64,000 nt of DNA, from the NCBI GenBank assembly GCA_965222605.1, contig OZ244960.1, positions 5,600,001 to 5,664,000 of the forward strand, in the 5' to 3' direction. Made by a program: the position numbers and the translations under genes. This document shows positions 1-9,114 of this stretch, in pieces. The stretch comes from Candidatus Latescibacterota bacterium (lineage in GTDB: Bacteria > Latescibacterota > UBA2968). The stretch's first letter is position 1. Every line of letters starts with the position of its first letter. The notes below the pieces were generated by a model. It did no database searches, was not told the DNA's origin, and saw only the letters and a list, made by a program, of their open reading frames with translations.

Positions 1-192
1 GAGGTCGAGTTGAGACCAGTTTTTTGCGTGCCGTAATTTCCTTATTTTTCGTCCGGTTACGATCATAAATGAAAAATAAGGAAATTTTTTGTGTTTATTT
101 ATGTGCATAGGCATATATTACGCCTAAAAATATGTATTTATACATATTTAAGAGAAAACTTCACGCGCTTACCCCTTTAGATTGGATACTCC

Positions 193-993
193 ATGAGAAA
201 AATGTACTGGACAGACTTGGGAGCTTCTAAAATTCGGTGTGCAAACTTAGACGGTTCAGATGTCAAAGACCTCGTTGCTACTGGATTGCGTATTCCAAAT
301 AGCATCGCCATAGATGGGGACGAGGGGAAGATGTACTGGACGGACGCTGGGACGTCCAAAATTCAGCGTGCAAACCTGGACGGTTCAGATGTCGAAGACC
401 TCATTACTGTCGATGTGTATCTTCCAGGTGGAATGACGGTGCATGGAAAGAAAAAAAAAATCTATTGGACAGACGCGGCCTGGGGAGAGACCGTGGAGTG
501 CAAAGTACAACGAGCGGACCTGGATGGCTCTCATGTCGAAACCCTCGTTTTCACCGAATTGAGTATTCCTAACGGTATCGTCTTGGATCTGGACATGGGT
601 AAGATATACTGGACAGACTTAACTAAAATTCAACGTGCGAACCTGGATGGCTCTCATGTTGAAACCCTCGTTATCACCGAATTACTGCCATTGGGGATTG
701 CCTTAGACGTGGGTGAAGGGAAGATGTACTGGACGAACTATAAGGGTGCTGGCGTGTCTAAAATTCAACGTGCTAATCTGGATGGTTCAGATGTCGAAGA
801 TCTCGTTACTGTGGGATTGGATCGGCCATCGGGGATTGCTTTAGATGTCGTCAAAGGGAAGATGTACTGGGGGGACTATGACAACTATGGAACGTCTAAA
901 ATTCAACGTGCTAATCTGGATGGTTCAGATGTCGAAGACCTTGTCACTGTGGGATTGGATCGGCCCTCGGGGATTGCCTTATGCTGCTTCTAA
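193..993 (+). CDS. YWTD (LDL-receptor class B) six-bladed beta-propeller protein, eukaryote-like
   Basis: Six repeats of (M/I)YW(T/G)(D/N)...KI(Q/R)RANLDGS.VE.LV...P.GIALD; no signal peptide. Confidence 0.9.
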   Translation: MRKMYWTDLGASKIRCANLDGSDVKDLVATGLRIPNSIAIDGDEGKMYWTDAGTSKIQRANLDGSDVEDLITVDVYLPGGMTVHGKKKKIYWTDAAWGETVECKVQRADLDGSHVETLVFTELSIPNGIVLDLDMGKIYWTDLTKIQRANLDGSHVETLVITELLPLGIALDVGEGKMYWTNYKGAGVSKIQRANLDGSDVEDLVTVGLDRPSGIALDVVKGKMYWGDYDNYGTSKIQRANLDGSDVEDLVTVGLDRPSGIALCCF

Positions 994-1012
994 TATCTCA
1001 CCTTTTCATGGG

Positions 1013-1041
1013 TTGACTTTCGCCTTTGCATGCGCTATATT
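1013..1041 (+). promoter_or_regulatory. sigma70-type promoter for the 1.05-1.30 kb transcript
   Basis: TTGACT (1013-1018), 17 bp spacer, TATATT (1036-1041). Confidence 0.65.
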
Positions 1042-1046
1042 GGAAC

Positions 1047-1297
1047 CACACAAGAAAGGAGGTGGTCGAATGAGTGAAATGACCAGTGGAGGTGGCTGTC
1101 GTTAGGTGCGCCTCTGCCAGGAGCGGGGTATAGCATCTCGAATGGTAGCGCACCTGGCAATCCAAGACAGCCATCGATCGGTTTGTTATCTGCCACATTG
1201 GCGATTTTTTGATAGTCGCGAGGCAGAGACTCCCGTCAGACGATGCGCCGCACGGAGATGGGTCGGTTTTCCGACACCCGACGTGTGGCGCTTTTTT
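1047..1297 (+). ncRNA. candidate structured small RNA carrying an 11-codon ORF (1070-1105, MSEMTSGGGCR)
   Basis: Own promoter, SD AGAAAGGAGGTG (1053-1064), helices 1091-1100/1166-1175, 1101-1111/1148-1158, 1189-1194/1222-1227, terminator 1245-1297. Confidence 0.5.
1245..1297 (+). terminator. intrinsic terminator
   Basis: GCGCCGCACG...CGTGTGGCGC stem with inner GTCGG-TTTT-CCGAC, followed by T6. Confidence 0.7.
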
Positions 1298-1414
1298 GTG
1301 GGCTTTCTAACTTGACAAAATTGGATTATACTGTACCTTCAAAGGCTTAAAGATTTCAGAATCAGGAGAGGAGGTGAGCGAATTGCGCCGTAACCATGCG
1401 GCGCGATTGAAACG

Positions 1415-1846
1415 ATGATGACACCGAGTGCCAAAAAAGGCGATGTTGAACAAACCTGGTATGTCGCCGATGCAGAAGGCAAGGTGCTGGGGCGATTTGC
1501 CAGTGGCGTTGCCAAAATTTTGCGCGGCAAACACAAGCCTTTTTTTACTCCCCATGTTGATACAGGGGATCATGTGGTTATTGTAAATGCCGAAAAGATT
1601 CAGGTGAAGGGCAATAACAAAGCCCAGCAAAAGGTTTATACGAGCTATAGTGGATATCCCGGTGGGCTTAAGAAGCAAACGCTGGAAGACGCGCTGGAAA
1701 AGCGCCCCACGTTTGTACTCGAGCACGCGATTCGGGGCATGTTGCCTCACAACAAATTGGGGCGACAGATGATCAAAAAGGTCCGTATTTACGCCGGACC
1801 AGAGCACCCACACCAGGCTCAGTCACCTGAGCCTATTGATTTATAG
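1415..1846 (+). CDS. rplM: 50S ribosomal protein L13
   Basis: WYVADAEGKVLGR, LRGKHKP.FTPHVDTGD, IRGMLP motifs. Confidence 0.98.
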   Translation: MMTPSAKKGDVEQTWYVADAEGKVLGRFASGVAKILRGKHKPFFTPHVDTGDHVVIVNAEKIQVKGNNKAQQKVYTSYSGYPGGLKKQTLEDALEKRPTFVLEHAIRGMLPHNKLGRQMIKKVRIYAGPEHPHQAQSPEPIDL

Positions 1847-1859
1847 AGGAGGTGATTGT

Positions 1860-2255
1860 TTGGCAGTTGAACCACTGAGTTCTGCTACGGGGCGTCGCAA
1901 AACATCGACAGCGCATGTGAAACTTTTTCCCGGAACGGGGTCGATTGTGATTAATGGGCTTTCCGCGCTCGATTATCTCAAACGGGAGACATTGGTGATG
2001 ATTATCGAACAGCCCTTAGATGTGATCGAGGCCCGAGGGACTTATGATATTGTTGCCAAAGCAAAGGGTGGCGGTTTGACCGGTCAGGCCGGTGCCGTGC
2101 GATTGGGTATTGCGCGCAGTTTGCAGCGCGTGAATACGGGCAATCACAGACCCCTGCGACAGGCGGGCTTGCTCACGCGCGACCCGCGCAAAGTGGAGCG
2201 CAAAAAACCCGGGCAGCCCGGAGCACGCAAAAAATTCCAGTTTTCCAAGCGTTAG
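1860..2255 (+). CDS. rpsI: 30S ribosomal protein S9
   Basis: TGRRKTS, GGGLTGQAGAVRLG, C-terminal QFSKR; TTG start after GGAGGTGA. Confidence 0.97.
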   Translation: MAVEPLSSATGRRKTSTAHVKLFPGTGSIVINGLSALDYLKRETLVMIIEQPLDVIEARGTYDIVAKAKGGGLTGQAGAVRLGIARSLQRVNTGNHRPLRQAGLLTRDPRKVERKKPGQPGARKKFQFSKR

Positions 2256-2277
2256 ACCAGAGTATTTTATCTGGATA

Positions 2278-2400
2278 TCACATGTATCCTGATTGCTTCA
2301 CGGGTGCCAATGAGGCCACATGAACTGCTAATGTAGTTGTACCCCATTCGGCGGTGCGGCAATATGAGGGATGCAGAGGACAAACCCAAAGTACAGGAGG
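2278..2400 (+). promoter_or_regulatory. rpsB leader (t44-like autoregulatory RNA)
   Basis: ~150 nt non-coding leader before rpsB beginning CACATG and ending GCAGAGGACAAACCC, resembling the rpsB-leader 3' signature. Confidence 0.4.
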
Positions 2401-2404
2401 TAAC

Positions 2405-3163
2405 ATGGCTGTTGTTTCTATGAGGCAACTGCTCGAATCTGGGGTTCACTTCGGGCATCAAACCCGGCGGTGGAATCCAAAGATGCAGAAGTACATTTTT
2501 ACAGAACGCAATGGTATTTACATTGTCGATTTGCAAAAGACGCAGGCGCAAATCGAAGCGGCATATCAGGCTGTACGCAAGGCTGCTGAAACAGGTCAGC
2601 CGATTCTTTTTGTCGGCACAAAGAAACAGGCCAAAGACATCATTGTAAATGCCGCTGAACGCTGCGATATGTTTTTTGTCAACAACCGTTGGTTGGGGGG
2701 CATGCTGACGAATTTTCAAACTATTCGGCAGAGCATTCGTCGCCTGGACATGTTGGATAAAATGGCTGGCGATGGCACATATCAGCAGTTGACCAAAAAG
2801 GAAGTGTTGCGTTTGGAACGCGAGCGCGATAAGTTGCAAAAATCCCTGGGCGGGATCCGCAGCATGGGGCGTTTGCCAGCGCTCGTATTTGTCGTGGATA
2901 CCAAAAAGGAAAAAATCGCAGTCGCCGAAGCGCGTCGCCTGGAAATTCCGCTTGTGGCAATTGTCGATACCAACTGCGATCCGGATGAGGTTGACCATCC
3001 GATTCCGGGCAATGATGATGCAATGCGGTCCATTGCGCTGATTACAAATTTAATGGCCGAGGCCGTAATCGAGGGGACAACTGTTCGACAGGAAGAAGAA
3101 GAAGAAGGCCCTGCGCCAGATGCAGGCCCTGAGATTACAGAAATCGATCCCAGCAATAATTGA
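2405..3163 (+). CDS. rpsB: 30S ribosomal protein S2
   Basis: [35 protein letters not shown]. Confidence 0.98.
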   Translation: MAVVSMRQLLESGVHFGHQTRRWNPKMQKYIFTERNGIYIVDLQKTQAQIEAAYQAVRKAAETGQPILFVGTKKQAKDIIVNAAERCDMFFVNNRWLGGMLTNFQTIRQSIRRLDMLDKMAGDGTYQQLTKKEVLRLERERDKLQKSLGGIRSMGRLPALVFVVDTKKEKIAVAEARRLEIPLVAIVDTNCDPDEVDHPIPGNDDAMRSIALITNLMAEAVIEGTTVRQEEEEEGPAPDAGPEITEIDPSNN

Positions 3164-3179
3164 GGAGATGGAGACTGAA

Positions 3180-3779
3180 ATGGCTATTTCTGCAAAAATG
3201 GTTCAGGAGTTGCGTGCCAGAACCAATGTGGGCATGATGGATTGTAAACGGGCACTCGAAGAGGCCGATGGCGTTATGGATAAGGCTGTTGAGTTGTTGC
3301 GTAAACGGGGTATTGCCAAAGCAGAGATCAGAGCGGGACGTCAGGCCAAAGAGGGGGCGATTGCGTCTTATATCCATGCGGGAAGCCAATTGGGGGTTTT
3401 GCTCGAGATCAATAGCGAGACCGACTTTGTAGCGCGCACCGATGAGTTTCAGACGTTTTCAAAAGATGTGGCTATGCACATCGCCGCCGCTGCACCTCTT
3501 GTGGTAAATCGCGAGGATGTAGATGCCGAAATGCTGGAAAGGGAAAAGAATATTTATCGCGATCAGGCACTCAGCGAAGGCAAACCAGAGCACATCGTGG
3601 ATCGAATTGTAGATGGTCGCATGGAAAAGTACTACCAGGAAGTGGTCTTAATGGAACAGGCTTTTGTCAAAGATCCGGACAAAACCATTCAGGACCTGCA
3701 CTCAGATTTGGTGGCCAAGTGCGGCGAAAATATCACCATTCGCCGATTTGCCCGTTTTGTCCTGGGAGAAGAGAGTTAA
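3180..3779 (+). CDS. tsf: elongation factor Ts (short ~200 aa form)
   Basis: ELRARTNVGMMDCKRAL, EINSETDFVAR. Confidence 0.97.
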   Translation: MAISAKMVQELRARTNVGMMDCKRALEEADGVMDKAVELLRKRGIAKAEIRAGRQAKEGAIASYIHAGSQLGVLLEINSETDFVARTDEFQTFSKDVAMHIAAAAPLVVNREDVDAEMLEREKNIYRDQALSEGKPEHIVDRIVDGRMEKYYQEVVLMEQAFVKDPDKTIQDLHSDLVAKCGENITIRRFARFVLGEES

Positions 3780-3808
3780 GCATCTATAATGCCCAGAGGA
3801 GGTGCGCC

Positions 3809-4366
3809 GTGATTGATGAGATTATGGCTGAAGCGCGAACGGCCATGCAAAAGTCTGTGATAGCCTTGCAAAATGAGATGGCTACAGTACGCACCGGGCG
3901 TGCCAACGCGCATTTGCTGGATCAAATTCGGATTGAGTATTACGGCTCGCAGGTGCCGATCAATCAGGTCGCTACAGTGGGCGTGCCAGAACCGCGTTTG
4001 ATCGCGATTCAACCCTGGGATAAGTCGGCGATTCCACTGATTGAAAAGGCAATTCAGGGATCGAATTTGGGATTGACGCCGGCCAACGATGGCACAATTA
4101 TTCGGTTGCCTATTCCGCAGTTGACAGAAGACCGCAGGCGAGAGTTGGTGCGGGTGGTGAGGCAATATGCTGAGGAAAGCCGCATTTCAATTCGCAATAC
4201 CCGTCGCGACGCCAATGAACTCATCCGCTATGCACAAAAGGAAGGCGAGATTCCGGAAGATGACGCCAGGCGCACAACAGAGCGCGTGCAGGCTTTGACC
4301 GACGAGTTTGTCGCGAAAATTGATGATGTGTTATCAAAAAAAGAAGAAGAAATTATGGAAGTTTGA
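3809..4366 (+). CDS. frr: ribosome recycling factor
   Basis: RTGRAN, IQPWDKS, PQLTEDRRRELV, KEEEIMEV; GTG start after GAGGAGGT. Confidence 0.97.
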   Translation: MIDEIMAEARTAMQKSVIALQNEMATVRTGRANAHLLDQIRIEYYGSQVPINQVATVGVPEPRLIAIQPWDKSAIPLIEKAIQGSNLGLTPANDGTIIRLPIPQLTEDRRRELVRVVRQYAEESRISIRNTRRDANELIRYAQKEGEIPEDDARRTTERVQALTDEFVAKIDDVLSKKEEEIMEV

Positions 4367-4390
4367 CGGGGAACAAGATTTGCTGAATTG

Positions 4391-4422
4391 AAAAGGCCAT
4401 CTCCATTACGAGGTGGCCTTTT
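4391..4422. terminator. bidirectional intrinsic terminator
   Basis: AAAAGGCCATCTC-loop-GAGGTGGCCTTTT between convergent genes. Confidence 0.8.
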
Positions 4423-4455
4423 GATTTTGGAATCTGAATATTGGCATAGCCCTTT

Positions 4456-4971
4456 TTAGTATCTGATCGCATAGATCTCGACAAATTCGCCGTAGTGCCA
4501 GACGTAATACGCCGTGCGATAGTGCGATTTGGATCTGCCTGTTCGGGCGGCGCGTTCAACGGCTTCGGGAGGGTTGACGATTAAGAGTTTGCTGTCGAGA
4601 CGAAAACGAAAGCCCAGATGCGTGACAAAGGGCGCGAAGATCACACTGCCTGTTCGCGCGTCAATAACGGCGAGTTGCTGGCATTCTTCACCGCAAAACC
4701 ACCGCACAATGGTTTGATCGCCCGCAAAATTGGGCCCGATTTTGGCTCCTTGAATCAAGCGGTCTTTGAATCGAATCGCACGCGGATGGCTTACGAGATT
4801 GACGGGACGCGGTTTGTCTTTGTAAATTTGGTATGCGGGAATCGCGTGCTGTTCAAATTCGGGCATTTCAGTCACGGGGCCAGGCGCTTTGGGTAACTCG
4901 AATTCGGGCATACAGGCAAACAACATCAAAAAGAGAACGGGATGGATCGATTTGTATTTTGGCATTCTCAT
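4456..4971 (-). CDS. hypothetical lipoprotein
   Basis: Hydrophobic N-terminus with lipobox-like LFAC; GPNFAG...W.CG..C motif. Confidence 0.65.
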   Translation of the reverse strand: MRMPKYKSIHPVLFLMLFACMPEFELPKAPGPVTEMPEFEQHAIPAYQIYKDKPRPVNLVSHPRAIRFKDRLIQGAKIGPNFAGDQTIVRWFCGEECQQLAVIDARTGSVIFAPFVTHLGFRFRLDSKLLIVNPPEAVERAARTGRSKSHYRTAYYVWHYGEFVEIYAIRY

Positions 4972-5102
4972 GCGTCATTTCTCGGCGATGATAGAAGTCG
5001 CTTATGCTATTAACTACGCACCAAATGGCTTTTTCGTCAAGTCGCGTTATCATTTACCCAACTTGACGACCCCTGATCGGATTGTAGAGTTCAATTTTAT
5101 AT

Positions 5103-5261
5103 GGAAGGCGGTCTGTCATGCACGGCGGCGGCGTATCGGGATTCAACACAGTTTTGTTGCGATTTTTAGATGACGAGGTCTGTATTATTGTATTGAGCAA
5201 TGTGGACCCCGCCCCTGTAAAATCCATTGCGCAACAACTCGCGGCGGTTGTGTTTGCCTGA
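5103..5261 (+). pseudogene. C-terminal remnant of a serine hydrolase / beta-lactamase family gene
   Basis: Manual translation HGGGVSGFNTVLLRFLDDEVCIIVLSN...VFA* matches the HxG...IIVLSN tail of this family; SxxK region absent. Confidence 0.6.
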
Positions 5262-5288
5262 GCAACACCGCTGAGTATCGCGCGTTGC

Positions 5289-5317
5289 TTGACTCCCCAC
5301 TATCCATTGGGTACATT
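5289..5317 (+). promoter_or_regulatory. sigma70-type promoter of aroC
   Basis: TTGACT-17-TACATT. Confidence 0.55.
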
Positions 5318-5354
5318 TGCATGCCATTTATGTCACGATCCAAAGGAGCTTGTT

Positions 5355-6434
5355 ATGAGCAGCACATTTGGCCGCGCGTTTCGCATTACCACATGGGGGG
5401 AATCGCATGGTGGCGGTGTTGGCGTAGTTTTAGATGGGTGCCCGCCCGGTCTGGAGATCAGCGAAGAAGATATTCAAATTGAACTCGACCGCCGCAAACC
5501 GGGCCAGAGTAAAATCACCACACAACGCAAAGAAGAAGACCAGATAGAAATCCACTCGGGTCTTTTTGAGGGCCAAACTCTTGGTACACCCATCTCGATG
5601 ATGGTTTGGAACCAGGATGCGCGTTCTAAAGATTACGAAGAAATACGCACCAAATATCGCCCTTCGCACGCCGATTATACGTATGAACAAAAATACGGCA
5701 TTCGCAACTGGAAAGGGGGGGGCAGAGCCAGTGCACGCGAGACAATCGGCCGCGTTGCTGCAGGTGCGGTTGCGCGCAAATTGCTCAAACGCGATTGCAA
5801 TATCGACATTATCGCTTATGTTCGCCAGGTTCACACCCTGGTTGCCAATGTCGATCCCGTCGCGGTTACTCGCGAGCAGGTCGAGTCGAATATTGCCCGT
5901 GTGCCCGATCTCGAGATTGCTGAGCAAATCATTCGGCGCATTGATGCTGCCCGCAAAGATGGCGATTCTCTCGGTGGCGTGGTCGAGGCCGTCGCCCATC
6001 GGGTGCCTTCTGGCTGGGGTGAACCCATCTTTGACAAACTCGAAGCCGACCTCGCCAAATCCATGCTTTCACTGCCCGCCTGCAAAGGCTTTGAATCCGG
6101 CTCTGGTTTTGGCGGTATCGCGATGACCGGTTCTGCACATAACGATCCATTTTACAACGATGGTAGCGGCATTCACACGCGCACAAATCATTCCGGTGGC
6201 ATTCAGGGCGGTATTTCCAACGGCGAACCCATCGTTATTCGCGCAGCTTTTAAGCCCACTGCCACAATTTTGGCCGAGCAAGAAACCGTCGATATCCACG
6301 GCAATTCCACCACTCTCAAAGGGCGCGGTCGCCACGACCCCTGCGTCTTACCCCGCGCTGTTCCCATTGTCGAAGCGATGATGGCACTCGTTCTTGCAGA
6401 TCACTATTTGCGCCAGCGCGGACAAAAAGGGTGA
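5355..6434 (+). CDS. aroC: chorismate synthase
   Basis: [29 protein letters not shown]. Confidence 0.98.
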   Translation: MSSTFGRAFRITTWGESHGGGVGVVLDGCPPGLEISEEDIQIELDRRKPGQSKITTQRKEEDQIEIHSGLFEGQTLGTPISMMVWNQDARSKDYEEIRTKYRPSHADYTYEQKYGIRNWKGGGRASARETIGRVAAGAVARKLLKRDCNIDIIAYVRQVHTLVANVDPVAVTREQVESNIARVPDLEIAEQIIRRIDAARKDGDSLGGVVEAVAHRVPSGWGEPIFDKLEADLAKSMLSLPACKGFESGSGFGGIAMTGSAHNDPFYNDGSGIHTRTNHSGGIQGGISNGEPIVIRAAFKPTATILAEQETVDIHGNSTTLKGRGRHDPCVLPRAVPIVEAMMALVLADHYLRQRGQKG

Positions 6435-6437
6435 GAA

Positions 6438-6770
6438 ATGGCTGGTGGTGATTTGACAGATAGCATTGAAATTCTCACAAGAATACAAAGTCAGGCAAGA
6501 GTGCAAAACCTGCGTTTGACATTACATGCACAGCAGGAAATGATAGACGAGAATATTAAAATTGCCGATATTTATCACACCATTCAAACGGGGCGAATTT
6601 TAGAAAATTACCCAGAGCATCAAAGAGGCGCATGTTGCCTCTTGAATGGGGAAGACGAACGAGGTCGAGATATCCATATCGTTTGTACAACGTCGCGGGA
6701 TATCTTGATTATCATAACCGCGTACCTTCCGTTGCCCCCCAAATGGATCACACCGACACAACGAGGTTAA
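6438..6770 (+). CDS. DUF4258 family putative toxin
   Basis: HAQQEM, ILENYP...CLLNG, IHIVC, IITAYLP...W. Confidence 0.75.
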   Translation: MAGGDLTDSIEILTRIQSQARVQNLRLTLHAQQEMIDENIKIADIYHTIQTGRILENYPEHQRGACCLLNGEDERGRDIHIVCTTSRDILIIITAYLPLPPKWITPTQRG

Positions 6771-6775
6771 TCAAT

Positions 6776-7000
6776 ATGAAATGCAGCCTGGAAGGGTGTC
6801 CTGGAGACTATAAAAAAAAAGAAATTCTTCACACAGTGCGCTATCAGGGGCAAGTTGTCGTCATTGACAATATTCCTGCCGAAGTTTGCACCATCTGCGG
6901 CGATGTGCTTCTTAAGCCTGAGACAGTTCAATATATTGAAGAACTTCTCGAGACAAGTTCACAACCTGCCGAAATGGTACCGCTTTATGAATACAAATAA
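6776..7000 (+). CDS. YgiT/MqsA-type zinc-finger putative antitoxin
   Basis: MKC....C ... NIPAEVCTICGD; directly after DUF4258 gene. Confidence 0.8.
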   Translation: MKCSLEGCPGDYKKKEILHTVRYQGQVVVIDNIPAEVCTICGDVLLKPETVQYIEELLETSSQPAEMVPLYEYK

Positions 7001-7009
7001 AATACCAAA

Positions 7010-8656
7010 ATGATCGATTCCCAAATTTTCACCTGTATTAAAAATGCCAACCCCCACACCTATCGCTTTCCGTGGCGTAACTTTACGCATCTCTTAAAAG
7101 ATCGCGCAGAGCATCAGGCAGATAAACCCGCGCTGATTTTTTGCGATTGCGATACGGGCGCACGCACGGTCATTACCTATTCTGAATTTGAACGCCGGAC
7201 CGCCGCGCTTGCGGGTCTGATGCACCGCGAATTTGGCATCCAACGCGGCGACTGTGTCAGCCTTGCCCTGCCCAATTGTGCCGAAATTCCTCTGCTCACC
7301 TTTGCCCTCTTTCGCCTCGGCGCAACTTCTGTTCCTCTTGACATTGCCAAAGATGTTGCCGAGCGCAAGCGCTACAAAATTGAAAATGCTGGGGCCAGGT
7401 TGCTCGTTGTTTTGCCCGAACAGGCAGAAATCCAACGCCGCGCATTACCCGATGTCCAGATTGCGACAACAGAGCAGTTGCTCGCCGCAGATGGATATGA
7501 CGCAGCGGATATCGAGCCTGAGTGGTCCGGTGATCCAGAAGGCGAACAATACACCAACATCGCGCTGTACACATCGGGTACAACAGGCCATCCCAAGGGC
7601 GCGTGCATTACCCGACAAAGCCTCACGTCCAATGCCGATGGCATCATTCGCTGGCTCGGATTTGATGCGCGTGAACGGCTCAACCTCGTTTTACCACTCC
7701 ATCATATCAACTCCACCACGTTCTCGATCACCAGCCTCATGGTGGGGGGGAGCCTTATACTCAACTCGCGCTATAGCGTTTCGGCGTTCTGGCGTGTCAT
7801 ATCGCGGGAGCGGGCGACCTCTGCCAGTATTGTACCGACGATTATGGCCGACCTGCTCGCCCGCGCCGATGACTTTGAGCGCGAGGGCTACGATATATCT
7901 TCGCTGAAAAAAATTATGATCGGCTCGGCACCTGTTCCACCCAATATTGCCTGCCAATTTGTCGATCGCTTTGGCGTTCGTCTCGTTCAAGGATATGGTT
8001 CGACCGAAGTCAGTTTGCGAGTTACTGGCGTACCACCCGATTTACCCGATGACCAGTACCGCGATATACTCGAACAAAATGCCATTGGTGTTGAGCTTGC
8101 CAATAATAACATAAGAATTGATGGCGGAAGAAACGAAGGCGATATTGGTGAAATCCTCGTGCGCGGTCCCGTGGTTGCCAATGGCTACCTCTATCAGCCC
8201 AAAGCCACTGCCGAAGTTTTTTGCAATGGCTGGTTCCACAGTGGCGACATGGGGTATTATCGCGACATTTATAACCATCGTTTCTACTTTATTCACGGTC
8301 GAAAAAAAGAAATCATCATCAAAGGCGGTGTCAATATATCACCCATCGCCGTTGAAAATGCACTGCTCGATGCTTGTCCAGAGCTCGACGCTGTTTATGT
8401 GATTGGTCTTCGCCATGACCGATGGGGGGAAGACGTTTGTGCGGCAGCTATTTTTAAATCTGGGATCAACCAGTCCGAAGTAGCCCGAGATATTCTCAGA
8501 CGCGGACAAAGCGGCCAAATCTCAGGACTGAGTACCTACGAAGCCCCTTCGCGCATTATCCCAATCACGCCTGAAGACCGCCCATTGACCTCTACGGGTA
8601 AAGTTCAGCGCAGTGCCCTGCGCGAGATCATCCAGAATCAAATTGACAACATCTGA
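7010..8656 (+). CDS. class I adenylate-forming enzyme (acyl-CoA synthetase, MenE-like)
   Basis: YTSGTTGHPKG, QGYGSTE, GWFHSGD, TSTGKVQR. Confidence 0.9.
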   Translation: MIDSQIFTCIKNANPHTYRFPWRNFTHLLKDRAEHQADKPALIFCDCDTGARTVITYSEFERRTAALAGLMHREFGIQRGDCVSLALPNCAEIPLLTFALFRLGATSVPLDIAKDVAERKRYKIENAGARLLVVLPEQAEIQRRALPDVQIATTEQLLAADGYDAADIEPEWSGDPEGEQYTNIALYTSGTTGHPKGACITRQSLTSNADGIIRWLGFDARERLNLVLPLHHINSTTFSITSLMVGGSLILNSRYSVSAFWRVISRERATSASIVPTIMADLLARADDFEREGYDISSLKKIMIGSAPVPPNIACQFVDRFGVRLVQGYGSTEVSLRVTGVPPDLPDDQYRDILEQNAIGVELANNNIRIDGGRNEGDIGEILVRGPVVANGYLYQPKATAEVFCNGWFHSGDMGYYRDIYNHRFYFIHGRKKEIIIKGGVNISPIAVENALLDACPELDAVYVIGLRHDRWGEDVCAAAIFKSGINQSEVARDILRRGQSGQISGLSTYEAPSRIIPITPEDRPLTSTGKVQRSALREIIQNQIDNI

Positions 8657-8739
8657 ACTATCTGCTGCGATTGACACAATTTGTCCGATATATTATATAC
8701 CTGCGGTGGGGTGGTGGGGACTGACTATTGGCTGCTGAC

Positions 8740-8770
8740 GTACGGGCGGGTTTCAAACCCGCCCCTTCAC
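8740..8770. repeat. single REP-like palindrome (GTAG-family-like)
   Basis: GTACGGGCGGGTTT-C-AAACCCGCCCCTTC hairpin in intergenic region. Confidence 0.5.
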
Positions 8771-8787
8771 TGACCACTTTTCGGTGA

Positions 8788-9111
8788 TTGATCGTGCGTA
8801 TTCTTCTCCTTCTATTTCGTCTCTTGCGCGTACGCGGCGTTTTCTCAATCATATCCCGACTCCCAAAATACTTGCGTCTTACCTGGCGACTTTTATGGGA
8901 TTCCCGCATACCTTCATTGCCCAAAGTGTTTGTCATTTTAACCGTTTTATACGGTCTTTCTCCCTTTGATATTATCCCAGAGATGATTCTCCCCCATATC
9001 GGATTGGGAGATGACATCGTGCTCGCTATCCTGTCTATTCGCAATTTGATCGCGACCAGTCCGCAGAATATCGTTCAGGAACACGCTCGTAAGATTGCAA
9101 AGAAATCGTGA
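8788..9111 (+). CDS. DUF1232/YkvA family membrane protein
   Basis: YGLSPFDIIPE...GLGDD. Confidence 0.85.
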   Translation: MIVRILLLLFRLLRVRGVFSIISRLPKYLRLTWRLLWDSRIPSLPKVFVILTVLYGLSPFDIIPEMILPHIGLGDDIVLAILSIRNLIATSPQNIVQEHARKIAKKS

Positions 9112-9114
9112 TTT

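Noticed and set aside
1070-1315. Pyrrolysine read-through of the TAG at 1103-1105 into the 69-aa ORF
   Set aside because: No pyl genes in the window, the product resembles no protein, and the ORF runs through a terminator
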